A DNA stretch of 64,000 nt from Amphiscolops sp. MND2022 (taxonomy: Eukaryota). Shown piece by piece: positions 1 to 12,507 of the stretch; the stretch's first letter is position 1, and each line of letters starts with the position of its first letter. The DNA lies in contig OZ076409.1 in the NCBI GenBank assembly GCA_964187785.1, forward strand, positions 23,066,001 to 23,130,000, given 5' to 3'. The position numbers and the translations under genes were made by a program. The notes beneath the pieces are model-generated. The model ran no database searches. It worked only from the letters and a program-made list of their open reading frames with translations, and was not told the origin of the DNA.

Positions 1-958
1 ATTAATTTAACGGTTTAATGCTATCAGTAAAAATTGATATCCAAAAAATCTCAATAGTACAAGATCGGCCAGAAAAGTCGTCTTTGACACATTATTTTGT
101 TGGCGCTTTTTCTTCATATTTTTTTGTTGTTGGTTTACTCTGTAAATCCAGTCCCGGAGAACTCAACTTCAAGTCATTCAGTAGTTTTTCTATGATGCTC
201 AACGGGATATTTCGTGTTATGGAGCTAACGAGGTCGAAGTTCCTAGATTGCAGGAATCCATCAACCTTTCTTGCAGTGCTCTTTCGCACAAGCGATTTGG
301 TAAGTTCCTTAAAAGTTGCTACGGAACTGAATACGGGTATGGAGCTAGACAACAGTGCGTGTTGCCCAAACCAAGCCGATTTTTTGACAAAGAAATGTCA
401 AAAAAATTTTTGGTTTCCTTCTAAACAGTGGTTTTTCTGCTGAAAAGAAGTTTTACTGTAAACAACTTCAAACTGTTCTGCAAAGTGAGTTTTTACTGCT
501 GTGGAAAAGAAGTTTTGTAATGAAACCGCACAACGGAGCCTCAGGTCACCAAAAGAAATTTTAATTGCAAAAAATTCATTTTTAATTGCAAAAATGATGC
601 AAAAAATTCATCACAGAGCTAGCATGATCTTTTTCGAACTCAGTGCAAAGAACTTGTTCCAACCAAATGATGCTCTTAGATTGACATGGAGAATTATGAC
701 TTTGAATTGTTTGAAGGTGCATTTTGGAGTACTTGTCGTCCAGCTCAAGAGCTAGCTCTGTTTCAACAGTTAGTAGACGACGCTGATGGAAAGAAACAAA
801 ATCTCAGTGTTACCCAAACAGCAAAAGATGATAGTGCATTTGTACTCTTGCAGGATCATTAGTTTGAACTTCCAATGGATTGCAAGATGATGTGGGGATG
901 TGTTCAACACCAGCTACCCCGCGTGACAGGGATGTCATGCAAAAAGTCCGAGGAGTGA

Positions 959-1530
959 TGTAACGGCACCTTCTGGTACAGCAGATTCAGTTGATATTGG
1001 AATTTAGACTTTGGACAAGTCAAGAAAATTTTTGAAAAATTCTAATTCGATCTTTGACGTAGCACTGAGCATGTGACTCCTTTCTACGAAATTGGCTGGT
1101 ACTTCGACAACAAAGAGCAAGAACAAGTAAAAACATAGAGGCAGCCTCTAGAACAGACGCCAGAGACTGCAAAAAAACTTGAGCGAATCTGGACGCAAAA
1201 AAATTGCGAGCTGAATCTGGACACTGCCAAATAATTGTGATCGACGAGATTGTTGCATTTTGTTGTGATTTTATGGCTACTTAGCAATTTTAGATATTAT
1301 TCCCTAAGTCACACTGAATGACGAAATTTACATTTATGCTTTCTTTCGGAATGTTTTCAAAGTCTAACTAGGCGGCGGTTCCGAAAACAAAGCGAAATGC
1401 CCGTTATTGTTAGCAATAAAAGATTGGATAAAGCTGGCGAGGGCTCCTTAGGAGACGAATACCCCCTCCTGACGGGACAAATTTTAGCTGTCCCGGGCAA
1501 ACACCCATGTCATAGGTTCCTCCTTCTCTA
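959..1530 (+). mobile_element. 3' LTR remnant (3'-truncated) of a Gypsy element related to the 17.6-kb element; preceded by its 3' leader (~600-958)
   Basis: Starts TGTAACGGCA after GAGTGA, as does the 3' LTR at 34953. Internal blocks (ctaattcgat..tgacgtagcact.agcatgtga; acttcgacaa.aaagagcaagaacaag; taggcgg.ggtt) match the LTR at 9279-10321. Terminal GTCGTTACA is missing. Confidence 0.7.
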
Positions 1531-2090
1531 TGACGAAATAACGACAATGGTGAGAGCTTTTCGTTGCATAGCATCTAAAGAACTCCATAGTCGTGATGGC
1601 TCAAACTTTTACATGTTGCAGGTCTGTATACGGGATAACTTTTTATGAAACCTAGAAATTTCAGTAAGCCCCGATGTTAAATATTGTTTAAGAATAGCGC
1701 CGCAGTTTCCACTAGTCAAATTAAAATTTGTTTCACTTGGTTACCGACACCACGATCTAATTGTTTTTACGCTTTATTTTCTCCATTCATCTGTTGTGAG
1801 AAAAAGCTTTGCAAATAGCACGCTGAAGTTGACACTAGTCTGTTGTTTAACTTGTGAGTGAATTCAATTTGTAATAAAATGTCGGTGAAATGATAATCTC
1901 TCAGATGTATATAAATGTGGAACTGCTTCCAAATGAAAATTGTAAAACCTAAAGTCTCATAATTGCCGCAAGCTGTCAAAACAGCTTAGCAACAATCAAA
2001 AACAGTTTATCCACAAAACACCCAACTCCCTAATTTTTCGGGAAATAATTGACTCTGAATGAAGGGAGTAAATGGAAACTGAAGTTTGCA

Positions 2091-2770
2091 AAACAAGCCG
2101 GGACCGGCCCAAGTCGGCGCCATATCCAAGGCTCAAAAATAGCAAAAAGACTTCCAAGTGTCAAGTATTCTTTTACAGTAGTCGAAAATCAAAAATTTTT
2201 CGAATTTTTTTTTGAAAAAATTACATACTAAAAAAATGGACCGAGTGGCGCGCCGGGGCTCGCTAGCGCGAGCCTCTAGCGCGCTAACGTCTCACAATGC
2301 CGAAAAACTGAAAGGGGGGACACTTTGAGGTTTTTCAAAATCCATTCAGCAAAACATGAAAAAATTGAAGAAAAATATTTTTTTTTATTTTCGGGAAAAA
2401 ATCTCACAATGCCGAAAAAACTGAAAGTAGGAACCCTTTGGGATTTTCCAACATCCATTCTGTCGCAAAACATCAAAAAAATGCAGGGGGACCCTTTGAG
2501 GAAAAAAATTTCGAAAAAAAATCCGAAAAAAAATGTCTCGCAGTGCCGAAAAAAATTGAAAGGGGGGACTCTTTGGTCTCGCCCGGTATGGTATGTTACG
2601 CGGAAAAACAGGTAAAACCATTTTGGTCCAGTTCGCTAGGCCAAATGGTGCAATTTGACACCATAATATTTTGTAGAACTTTTAAGAACTATTTTGGTCA
2701 GTTCGTGTGGATAGAAAAAAAAGAGTCACTATAATAGTCGTGTTTCACTTCATGAAGCGCCGACTAAAAA
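2091..2770 (-). mobile_element. DINE-1/HINE-like non-autonomous Helentron-associated element
   Basis: Subterminal inverted repeats AGTCGGCGC (2112) / GCGCCGACT (2757), terminal GC hairpin GCCGGGACCGGC, T-rich ends, internal degenerate tandem repeats; near-identical inverted copy at 36509-37192. Confidence 0.75.
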
Positions 2771-3560
2771 ACGAAACTGCTGGATTGTGGATGTTGCAGG
2801 CCTCTTTGCAGTTAATTTTTTGTAAAACCTTGAAAATTCAATAGGGTTCCGGCGGAACTCTCGTAAAATTACACTGCAATTCCCACTACTTCATTTTAAT
2901 GGGGAATATTAACAAACTACTTCGCTACAAACACAATCACGTTGTTTTCACGCTTTGATTTCGTAACCAGTCATCTGATTTAATCACCACTTCTCAAATA
3001 GCTCGCTTGGCACTCACAACCTGACTGAAGTCGTTTTTGTGGCAAAATTAATGAAATCTCAGCCGATTTTAAAATAGAGCTAGCTGTTGAATAACTAAAC
3101 CTGCAATACTTTACGGCTAAGAACTGCCTGCAATTCTTGCCGAAAGCATCTTTCAAGGAGCTTGATAAAAGTCTAACACAACAGGGGAAATATTTAATAT
3201 TTTTACATGAACGTTTCCATAAGTATTTCTGAAAATCATAATAAAAATTGCTGGTAACTTTGAAAAATTTGTAAAAAATACACCCAATTTCAACACGGGA
3301 GATGCTAATGATAACTTTCATCCTTGATATTAGTAGTGCTCTAATGGTTGTTGTGAAAATGTTGGTACCAGATCATCGCAAGACATAAAATTTTTGCCAG
3401 ACTCGTGCCACATTTGTTTTTTTTTCAGCTGATATGTCGCAAGTTTTTTTTCGAAATACGTATTGTTTCTCAACAATGATGGGGGTTTGCCTAGAAATAG
3501 CGTGAGAGGGAAATGCATGGCGGATTTCAAGCTCATACTCGCCCATTCATCTCCGAGCAG

Positions 3561-4617
3561 CCCGGGTTGACCCTCTTACTAGCATCTTGGCTGTCTTGGC
3601 AAGATCCTGCCGAATTCTTACTACATCTTGGCAACCATGGATCCCATGGCAAGATTGTTATCAAGATCTTACTAAGATAATACTTATTCCAAGATCGTAT
3701 CTTATCACGATGGACAAATTTTTAAGATTATAAAAAAACACTATACCTTCGGTACAAGCAGCCGAGACTCAATATAAAGGCTCATTTCACCCAACAACGA
3801 CTATTTCTACTCGTTTTCATAATCAAAATGCTTAAACCTGCTGAAAAAATTTTGCATGCAAAAATGCATAAAAATTACGATAACGTAGTCTGGCTTCCAA
3901 AATTTTGACGAGAATCCTAATAACTGCTCACCTGTTTAGGACTGAGAAATGTGAATGTACCAAATGAAAGGTAATTTCAAGGGCATTCCAAAACTTGTAA
4001 TTTATCACTCCTGTCGATTCCAGAGGCGGAGAAATATGCTCTCAAACGTCCAGACCCACTATCGAAAAGTTACAAAGGAAAGACCTTAAAATCCTGAAAC
4101 TTTTGGAAAAACCATATTTCCAGCTTTCTTTGCTGCTAGAAACGGCGGTCATTGCTCTAATTTGGGTAATGATTCAGCTCAAGGCTTTTCTGACGCCGTT
4201 GTTGGTGACAGTTATGCAATTGAAAGAAAAATATCGATATCGATATGGTTGTAAAAATCATCCAGTAATTTTGTTTTGAGTGATGTCTAGATTATTTTTC
4301 CATAACTCTTAATTTAATGGTTTTCTGATTCTACTTTTTCTCGATATCGAGCAGTTCGTAGCAATTTTTTCCTTGCCATTTTCGGCTTCTTAGTTGGATT
4401 TTTCTTGCCATATTGGGCTTCTTAGTAAGATTTTTCTTGCCATATTGGGCTTCTTAGTAAGATTTTTCTTGGAAACATGGCTTTCTTGATAAGATCTTAC
4501 CATGGCATCTTGCAATTCTTGGCAATATCTTGTCACGATCTTAGCTAAGATTTTTCCTAGATCTTGGCAAGATCTTGCCAAGATCTTACTAAGATATCCA
4601 TGGAGGGTCGACTCGGG
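3561..4617. mobile_element. Non-autonomous TIR DNA transposon (CCC...GGG ends, CMC/EnSpm-like)
   Basis: TIRs CCCGGGTTGACCCTC / GAGGGTCGACTCGGG, 2-bp AG flanking both ends, subterminal arrays of CAAGATCTTG motifs at both ends. Confidence 0.7.
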
Positions 4618-5362
4618 AGAGCATGGTGTAGCAACGCATGTGACGATGCGTTGTCCAATCACCGTAGTTACACAGGCAGAATCGAGTGACGTCATGTCAA
4701 GTTCTCTGAGCAGCTGTAGATATACCATCCAAGACCTGCGCTTCATTAAGGCATCACTGCCTCTCAAAAAAGTAGATGATCGAAAACTTCTAACGAAGGT
4801 TTTGGTTCTGAACCCCAGACTCAATGTACTGAGTGTAGATAGCTGTGCGATTAGTCCATCCACCTTCCTTTTGTCATGCAATATCGATGCAATTATTCAC
4901 TGAAGGCCATGGGCAATCCTCATTTTGATTGGGGCATCCAATTATTTTTATTCGGCAGGAAGTCATGGCTGTTTAGAGAAAAAGGGTGAGTTTATGTTAA
5001 CGTTTTCCTTGCATTAAAATTGCACCGGTATTTTTTTTAGATGTAGTGCAGGGATTTTCCGACTTCAGGATAAACTTGCAAACTTTTCAGCCACTCTTGA
5101 GATATTGATTCAGAATAAGAGTGATTAACTATTCATATACATGGCTACAGTCGCATCAATCAGAATTACAACGCAATGGTGCAACGGATGTGAGACATTC
5201 TTGTACACGTTTATTCCCAATTGATTGACACATACATAGTCTCCTTCGCCTAACCTATTGTTCAGCTTTGGGGTCAATCCTCTCCCTCCTCTCTGCAATC
5301 ACGTTACATTCTGGGCGCTGCTGGTAGAGGCAATGATCTAAAGGAACCAGTATCTAAGGTAT

Positions 5363-5542
5363 ACCAGGTTGACTCCCATACTCAGAAATGGTGAATGATA
5401 TTATGTCATAGTATGATGTTGGTGAAAATTATCATCATAATATGATTATAGTATGGTCATATTATGACTAGCATGGCAACGATTATTGTCATAGTATGAG
5501 TGACCATGTTTGAACTTTTTCAAAAATGTGGAGTCCCCTGGT
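5363..5542. mobile_element. Possible small MITE
   Basis: Imperfect TIR ACCAGGTTGACTCC / GGAGTCCCCTGGT around CATAGTATG-type short repeats. Confidence 0.35.
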
Positions 5543-7277
5543 TGACCCAGGTTTTAGATCTGATTACTGTTTTGTCAACAGGTAATTTCCTATATAACTA
5601 GATGTCACGATATACAACAAAAGCAGCATCTTTATTTCCTTTTCAGGGAAAATGAGAAATTATAGTTCCAGTGCGGGGTTTTCATCAAATAATCTCCGTA
5701 ATAAACATAAAATGCTGAGAAAGAAAAGTGACCTCGGCTTGGAACTTTAGTATGTGAAGCTAATTGAACTATTTGTTAGAGCGTTGGCTTGGGAAGCCGA
5801 AAACGCCCAAGAATCATATTTTTTCAAGTTTCTGTGTTCAACTAAACTGTTTAATAAATTTATACGGTTTTCTGAGAATAAGTCTATATAGATATAAGCA
5901 ATTAAATACAGTTTTGTGTTATAACGGTTTTACCAAAAAAACGCTGCATTCGAATGATCAACTCTTTATCCGAATTACAAAACGTTCCGCCAGGAAGAAC
6001 ATGTTTCAATCTAATCACTGTTAAATTTTTGTATAGTTCCAAATGGAACTAAATTAATGCTGTTTTCTGAAATAACGCATATAAGAAAACATGCTATATT
6101 TTCCATGCGGAAAATGTTACCTAATAACAATGGAAAACGTGCCTTACCTAATGATATTAGAGAACAAGTTGATTACGAAAAGCGGAAGAAGAAATCTAAA
6201 AAATTGTCTTCAAAAACTCGAAAGGTGGGGGCTCGAATGTCATCATTGTCAAATTTTTATATCTCATTAAAATGAACTGAACAAATAAAATTTCACCAAG
6301 TCATTCTTAATTTCTCATTTTTTCAAAGTGATTTTCGAAACGTTTGCAGGACACCAAATCTTTGACGTTTTCCCGGTACTGTAAGACTTTAAAAAATGTT
6401 AGTCGATTTTTCGAAAAAAAATAATGTGCTGGAAAATCTTTTTTCTTCCATTTCTGCAGGACTCCGGAAACGATTAGGCGCTGCTTTCAACGAAAACCTC
6501 ATTTGAAATGCTTTTTAGCTCTTTACTTTTTAAAAACACCTCACTTTCTGCTACTTGGATGAAGTAGATCTGAGGATACATTTTTAGAGTTGAAAATTTT
6601 TTTTCTGATTGACAAGCCTTTGTAACTACAAGGTGTCCAATTTTCTGTTCAAGGCATTTTGAAAATGTTTAGAAAAATACCAAACCGCCACTGCGCCTTT
6701 GATGGAATTCAAAACAGTGATTTTTGCCGGAAACACTTATACCGTGTGCAGCTGAAGTTAGCTGAACCCAATTTTGCATTTGCGGACAAAGCTGAAAACA
6801 TGAGAAATCCCAGTTTGAAAGTATCTTAGCTAAATCTCCTCTAAATATAACAAAGTTTAGCTCAGTTGAACAAATTCAACGAAGTTATTTTCTCTAGCAA
6901 CTGTTGATCTGATGGGGACACACTCACGTGGTATGGTATTGAGTTTGACACCGAAAAATAATCTTTGGACAGCTGTGGCACTCGAGGGGTACCAACCTAT
7001 CGAATCTGCTACTCGCATAATTTGTGAACTACACACAGGTGCAATAACATTTTACATGAAAGATGAGAAGGGAAATAAGCAAAACTCATTCACCTCTCAT
7101 TTAAAATGTTTCGTTTATCAAGGAAACACTGTGGAAAACTTCTGCGCTCTTTACCGATCGGAAACACTTGAGAAAGTGGAATCAAACATTTCTGAACAAG
7201 AAAATCAGATCGTTATTCTTACAAATGATGTTACTGAAAAGAAATTCAGCGCGAAACAGATGTACCAGCAAAGAATG

Positions 7278-8069
7278 TGTAACGGGACCCTCTGGCACAG
7301 TCGATTTTGCCATTTTGACATATTCAGAAATTTTGCCAAAATTTCTAATTCGATATGTGACGTAGCACTCAGCATGTGATTGCTCTTTTCGCTGTTTCTA
7401 CCTGGAGGGGGAATAAGATCTAAAAAATAAAATCTAAAATAATAAGATCTAAAATTGTGACATGCTCAACTTCGAAAAGAGGAATAAGATCTAAAATTTT
7501 AGATCTTATTCCCTTCAAATCTTATTCTTCAGAGAAGGGGAAAAAGATCTGAAATGTATTGATTTTAGATCTTATTCCCTGTAAATCTTATTCCCGTCCT
7601 GAAATTTTAGATCTTATTCCCTTTAGATCTTATTACTTTTTTTGAATTTAGATCTTATTCTTTAGATCTTATTCCCCCTCCAGTTTCTACGGAATTGGCA
7701 AGCACTTCGACAAAAAAGAGCAAGAACAAGCAAAAACATAAGGGCGGCCGCCACAACAGACGCCAGAAACATCGAAAACCTCTGAAAATAGACTCTTTTA
7801 GAGGTGCTAACCTTGATTTCAGCAGTATGTTACCTTCAGTAGCGGATACCAGTAAAATGAGTCCTGTAGCCTAATTATTCTTGTTTGGTGCTTGGAGACC
7901 CTGCGCCCCATCTTGTGGCTGTGTGACTTGCCATATCCGTGCCTGTTTTCATGTAATTTCAGTGGTTTTAGCTAGCTCGAGCGCTAGTTTTGTCAGTTTT
8001 AGATCTTATTCCCCATTTTAGAACTTATTTCCCCGTCAACCTGGAATTGGAAATTTACCGTATTCTTGG
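7278..8069 (+). mobile_element. 5' part of LTR, copied by the tandem duplication
   Basis: Begins TGTAACGGGACCC; colinear with 9279-10070. Confidence 0.75.
7402..7683. mobile_element. 282-bp MITE/foldback element inserted in LTR, 7-bp TSD
   Basis: TIR CTGGAGGGGGAATAAGATCTAAA / TTTAGATCTTATTCCCCCTCCAG; TTTCTAC on both sides; internal AGATCTTATTCC repeats. Confidence 0.85.
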
Positions 8070-9278
8070 AACATGCAATATTTTCCATGCGGAAAAGGTT
8101 ACCTAATAACAATGGAAAACGTGCCTTACCTAATGAGATTAGAGAACAAGTTGATTACGAACAGCGGAAGAAGAAATCTAAAAAGTTGTCTTCAAAAACT
8201 CGAAAGGTGGGGGCTCGAATGTCATCATTGTCAAATTTTTAAATCTCATTAAAATGAACTGAACAAATAAAATTTCCCCAAGTCATCCTTAAGTTCTCAT
8301 TTTTTCAAAATGATTTTCGAAATGTTTGCAAGACACCAAATCTTTGACGTTTTCCCGATACTGTACGACTTAAAAAATGTTGGTCGATTTTTTCAAAAAG
8401 AATAATGTGCTGGAAAATCTTTTTTCTTGCATTTTTGCAGGACTCCGGAAACGATTAGGCGCTGCTTTCAACGAAAACCTCTTTTGAAATGCTTTTTAGC
8501 TGTTTACTTTTTAAAAACACCTCACTTTCTGCTACTTGGATGAAGTAGATCTGAGGATACATTTTTAGAGTTGAATTTTTTTTCTGATTGACAAGCCTTT
8601 GTAACTACAAGGTGTCCAATTTTCTGTTCAAGGGATTTTGAAAATGTTTAGAAAAATACCAAAGCGCCACTGCGCCTTTGATGGAATTCAAAACAGTGAT
8701 TTTTGCCGGAAACACTTATACCGTGGGCAGCTGAAGTTAGCTGAACCCAATTTTGCATTTGCGAACAAAACTGAAAACATGAGAAATCCCAGTTTGAAAG
8801 TATCTTAGCTAAATCTCCTCTAAATATAACAAAGTTTTGTTCTGTTGAACAAATTCAACGAAGTTATTTTCTCTAACAACTTTTGGTCTGATGGGGACAC
8901 CCAAGTGGTATGGTATTAAGTTCAGATGTTTTCTGCCGGTGTCATCTAACACCGAAAAATAATCTTTGGACAGCTGTGGCACTCGAGGGGTACCAACCTA
9001 ACGAATCTGCTACTCGCATAATTTGTGAACCAAACACAGGTGCAATGACATTTTACGTGAAAGATGAGAAGGGAAAAAAGCAAAATTCATTCACCTCTCA
9101 TTTAAAATGTTTCGTTTATCAAGAAAACACTGTGGAAAACTTCTGCGCTCTTTACCGATCGGAAACACTTGAGAAAGTGGAATCAAACATTACTGAACAA
9201 GAAAATCAAATCGTTATTCTTACAAATGATGTTACTGAAAAAAACTTCAGCGCGAAACAGATGTACCAGCAAAGAATG

Positions 9279-10321
9279 TGTAACGGGACCCTCTGGCACA
9301 GTCGATTTTGCCATTTTGACATGTTCAGAAATTTTGTCAAAATTTCTAATTCGATATGTGAGGTAGCACTCAGCATGTGATTGCTCTTTTCGCTGTTTCT
9401 ACCTGGAGGGGGAATAAGATCTAAAAAATAAAATCTAAAATAATAAGATCTAAAATTGTGACATGCTCAACTTCGAAAAGAGGAATAAGATCTAAAATTT
9501 TAGATCTTATTCCCTTCAAATCTTATTCTTCAGAGAAGGGGAAAAAGATCTGAAATGTATTGATTTTAGATCTTATTCCCTGTAAATCTTATTCCCGTCC
9601 TGAAATTTTAGATCTTATTCCCTTTAGATCTTATTACTTTTTTTGAATTTAGATCTTATTGTTTAGATCTTATTCCCCCTCCAGTTTCTATGGAATTGGC
9701 AAACACTTCGACAAAAAAGAGCATGAACAAGCAAAAACATAAGGGCGGCCGCCACAACAGACGCCAGAAACATCGAAAACCTCTGAAAATAGACTCTTTT
9801 AGAGGTGCTAACCTTGATTTCAGCAGTATGTTACCTTCAGTAGCGGATACCAGTAAAATGAGTCCTGTAGCCTAATTATTCTTGTTTGGTGCTTGGAGAC
9901 CCTGCGCCCCATCTTGTGGCTGTGTGATTTGCCATATCCGTGCCTGTTTTTATGTAATTTCAGTGGTTTTAGCTAGCTCGAGCGCTAGTTTTGTCAGTTT
10001 TAGATCTTATTCCCCATTTTAGAACTTATTTCCCCGTCAACCTGGAATTGGAAATTTACCGTTTTCTTGGCATTGTTTTTAAATGCTAGTTAGGCGGTGG
10101 TTTTTAGAGAGTCAGAAAGAGGCCCGTTACTATTAGAAATCAAAGACTAGGACCGGTTGGACAGTATTCGTCGGAGCACCCAAGGCCTCGGGACGTTTTT
10201 CACCCCTGGAAGCAAAATGGATCTGTGGCGATGGACGCCTGTCCCGAGCGATTTACCCATTTCTGCAGGTTCTTCTACCTCTGTTAACGTGTTAAGCGAG
10301 CGAGAACAGCTTGTCGTTACA
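9279..10321 (+). mobile_element. 5' LTR of a Gypsy element related to the 17.6-kb element (contains MITE)
   Basis: TGTAACGG...CTTGTCGTTACA termini, same terminal motif as 18075-18806; followed by 15-nt spacer and PBS. Confidence 0.8.
9403..9684. mobile_element. Second copy of 282-bp MITE (from tandem duplication)
   Basis: Same TIRs as 7402-7683; TSD TTTCTAC/TTTCTAT. Confidence 0.85.
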
Positions 10322-10336
10322 TAAGACATCATTTTT

Positions 10337-10354
10337 TGGCAACCACAGAGGGAT
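10337..10354 (+). promoter_or_regulatory. Primer binding site (tRNA-Arg-like)
   Basis: TGGCAACCACAGAGGGAT, 15 nt downstream of the LTR end; nearly identical to 18822-18839. Confidence 0.7.
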
Positions 10355-11370
10355 CGCTTCCGATTACTGCCCCACATTATGGTTTTGAAATTTCCGACCC
10401 CATGGTAATGGACGCCAAGAACGATTTGGCTCTGGAAGGAGACGTTTACTCAGAGTTTTTCCATGTTTTCAGATGATATTAAATTATTTGCTGGTACTTT
10501 TCCTGTGTTTCGGGGGATTTTTCTGAATACCTGTGGTATGTTCCTGTAAAAGGTATTTGTTGACAGGTATGGTCTAAAATCGCAAGTTCACATCAGCGGG
10601 TATCTTTGTAATAGCCTAGCGAATCGCTAGAAGGCCGTTACGCATGTAGTAACAGGTGTTTTGCAGCTTTTTTCAGCGTTTTTGGCTATGTACGAGGTAT
10701 TTAATTGGTGGATGCGCCATGTTCCATTCGCCTAAAAGATGAGCAGGAACGTATGTTCTCGACTCTCTCCTGCCATTTTATGTGCAGACGTGCTAGAAGC
10801 ATGGTTTTTAGTCGAAAGTCAGAGCAAACACTACTGACGTTGCCCAAAACGTTTCTCTCTAGCTTGTCTGCTTGTTGAGAAAAAAGACAGCGAAAGTGCC
10901 ACCCCGCACTCCGGAAGTATCAACATTTAGGATTATGATATGAATAATTTTTTCGAATGTGTATTTTTGAAGGGGAATGTTATTTGTTCATGCTAATTTC
11001 GCCCTGTTGCAACTAAGTGTGTGTGTTTTTGCACCTGTTTTTGGTGAAAAAAGTGCAATTTTGAGTGAAAAGTCGCAAAAACGTCTTTTTTGGCATTTTT
11101 GAGTGTTTTTTTTTGTACGAGCGCAAGCGCTCTAGGTATCAGTCACAGCACTTGCAAAAATAGATGCAAAGCAGCTCAAAACTTCTATGGTTCTGCTACA
11201 TAGTGTAATGTCCACGAGAAAAGCGGTTGGAGTCCATTTTGTATGAAAAAACTAGGTTTTTAGCGACTTTGGCAAAAAACCAACAAGTTGGATTGTGATG
11301 TAAATGCCTGTTCCACGTTGCTATCAGTTTGGGGCACACTCCAAGGTACCAAAAATAGGAATTAAGAAGG
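10355..11370 (+). mobile_element. Truncated 5' leader of the Gypsy relative
   Basis: Blocks such as CATCAGCGGGTATCTTT, AGCTTTTTTCAGC and CCGGAAGT are shared with 19090-19430 of the 17.6-kb element. Confidence 0.65.
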
Positions 11371-11439
11371 TTTGTAACGTCATCTTAAGTAAGTCATCTT
11401 AAGTAACGTCATCTTGTAAGTTCTCAGATTCAAAGAGCC

Positions 11440-12195
11440 ATGAATGAGGCGATTAGAAATCAAATACTGCTCCAGATACAAGCTACTCTGAAATCCGGCC
11501 AAGGACACATACCTGAAACAAGATGGGACAAACCGGCTAGAAGACCGGAATGCAGATCCGAAAAAGCCTTGGACCGTAGGTTTAGGAGCGACTTCAGAGA
11601 TGAGTGTTATAAGTTTCCGAACAGAAATGAAGACATGACGTCCGAAGCGAAGATATTCTGGTGGCCGGACATGAAGCAGGTTATCGATAATAAAGTCAAG
11701 GACTGCACAGCATGCCTAGCGTCAGGTGAAAACCTTAAACCTCAAATATCGAAAAACCATTATGGGAAACTTAAAAACCTTCCGAACCTGGTCAAGATAG
11801 ACAAATTGATTTTATCGTAAAATTACATAACAAAAGTTAACACGGTGAAGTACTCATTGCGGTAGATAGATTTAGAGAATGGCCGACATTAAAAGTTTGT
11901 AAATTTTCGGAAACAAAAGAAGTGATAAACTTTCTATCTAGTAACTCCATTTTGTACGGAATACTTGAGAAAATAAAAACCAACATAGGAAGAGCATTCA
12001 TTTCCAGAGAATACCGGCAATTTTGCAAAAGCCAAAATATTGAATCAGAATACTGTACACCCCGAATGCATACCGGAAACCGAGTAGTAAAAGATCGATA
12101 GAAACATTAAAAATCTTAATAATAGCGAACTTGGAAGACGGATAAACTTAACCGAGAGCGTGAACCGAGCGTTACGGGTAGTTAGCACATTAGCG
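11440..12195 (+). pseudogene. pol: Ty3/Gypsy integrase fragment (Zn finger + catalytic core), decayed
   Basis: AKIFWWPDMKQVIDNKVKDCTAC, then across frameshifts QIDF, LIAVDRFREWP, YGILEKIKTNIGRAFIS, YCTPRMHTGN. Confidence 0.85.
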
Positions 12196-12507
12196 TTTCC
12201 TTTGTTTAAGTCTTCTTCTGTAGAAGAGAGTATAGTAAAAGTCGCCATCAGTTGCAAAAGTGTAATGAAAGTGTGAAAAGGACGAACATGGAAAAGGATC
12301 AAAAAAACTAAGCGTCACATATTCTGAAGAGTTAATCAAAACAGAACCTTGAAAAATGAGCTCCAGAGAGAGGAGAGCCGAGTCACACAACAGTTTTCAA
12401 AATTCAGTTTTGTTTTACTTTTCCGATGAAGTAAAGATCAGAAGATCTTCTTCAAAACTCAATCTCTATTGAATAGCCTTGGACGTTTTTCGAGCTCCCT
12501 TTTCACG

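Larger units (their letters stand above)
6088..10070. repeat. Tandem duplication of a ~2-kb unit (6088-8069 and 8070-10070)
   Basis: Both units start AACATGC.ATATTTTCCATGCGG and end GGAAATTTACCGT.TTCTTGG; ORFs 6912-7379 and 8910-9380 are near-identical. Confidence 0.95.

Noticed and set aside
18..443. ORFs at the window start
   Set aside because: No recognisable motifs; context is truncated.
2049..2734. Lys/Phe-rich ORFs here and at 36545-37259
   Set aside because: Spurious frames within non-coding HINE-like repeats.
4390..4903. Overlapping 163/133-aa ORFs
   Set aside because: Partly made of MITE subterminal repeats; the remainder is unrecognisable.
6912..7379. Duplicated 155-aa ORF as a host gene
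   Set aside because: No recognisable motif; it runs into an LTR, and the second copy is explained by the tandem duplication.
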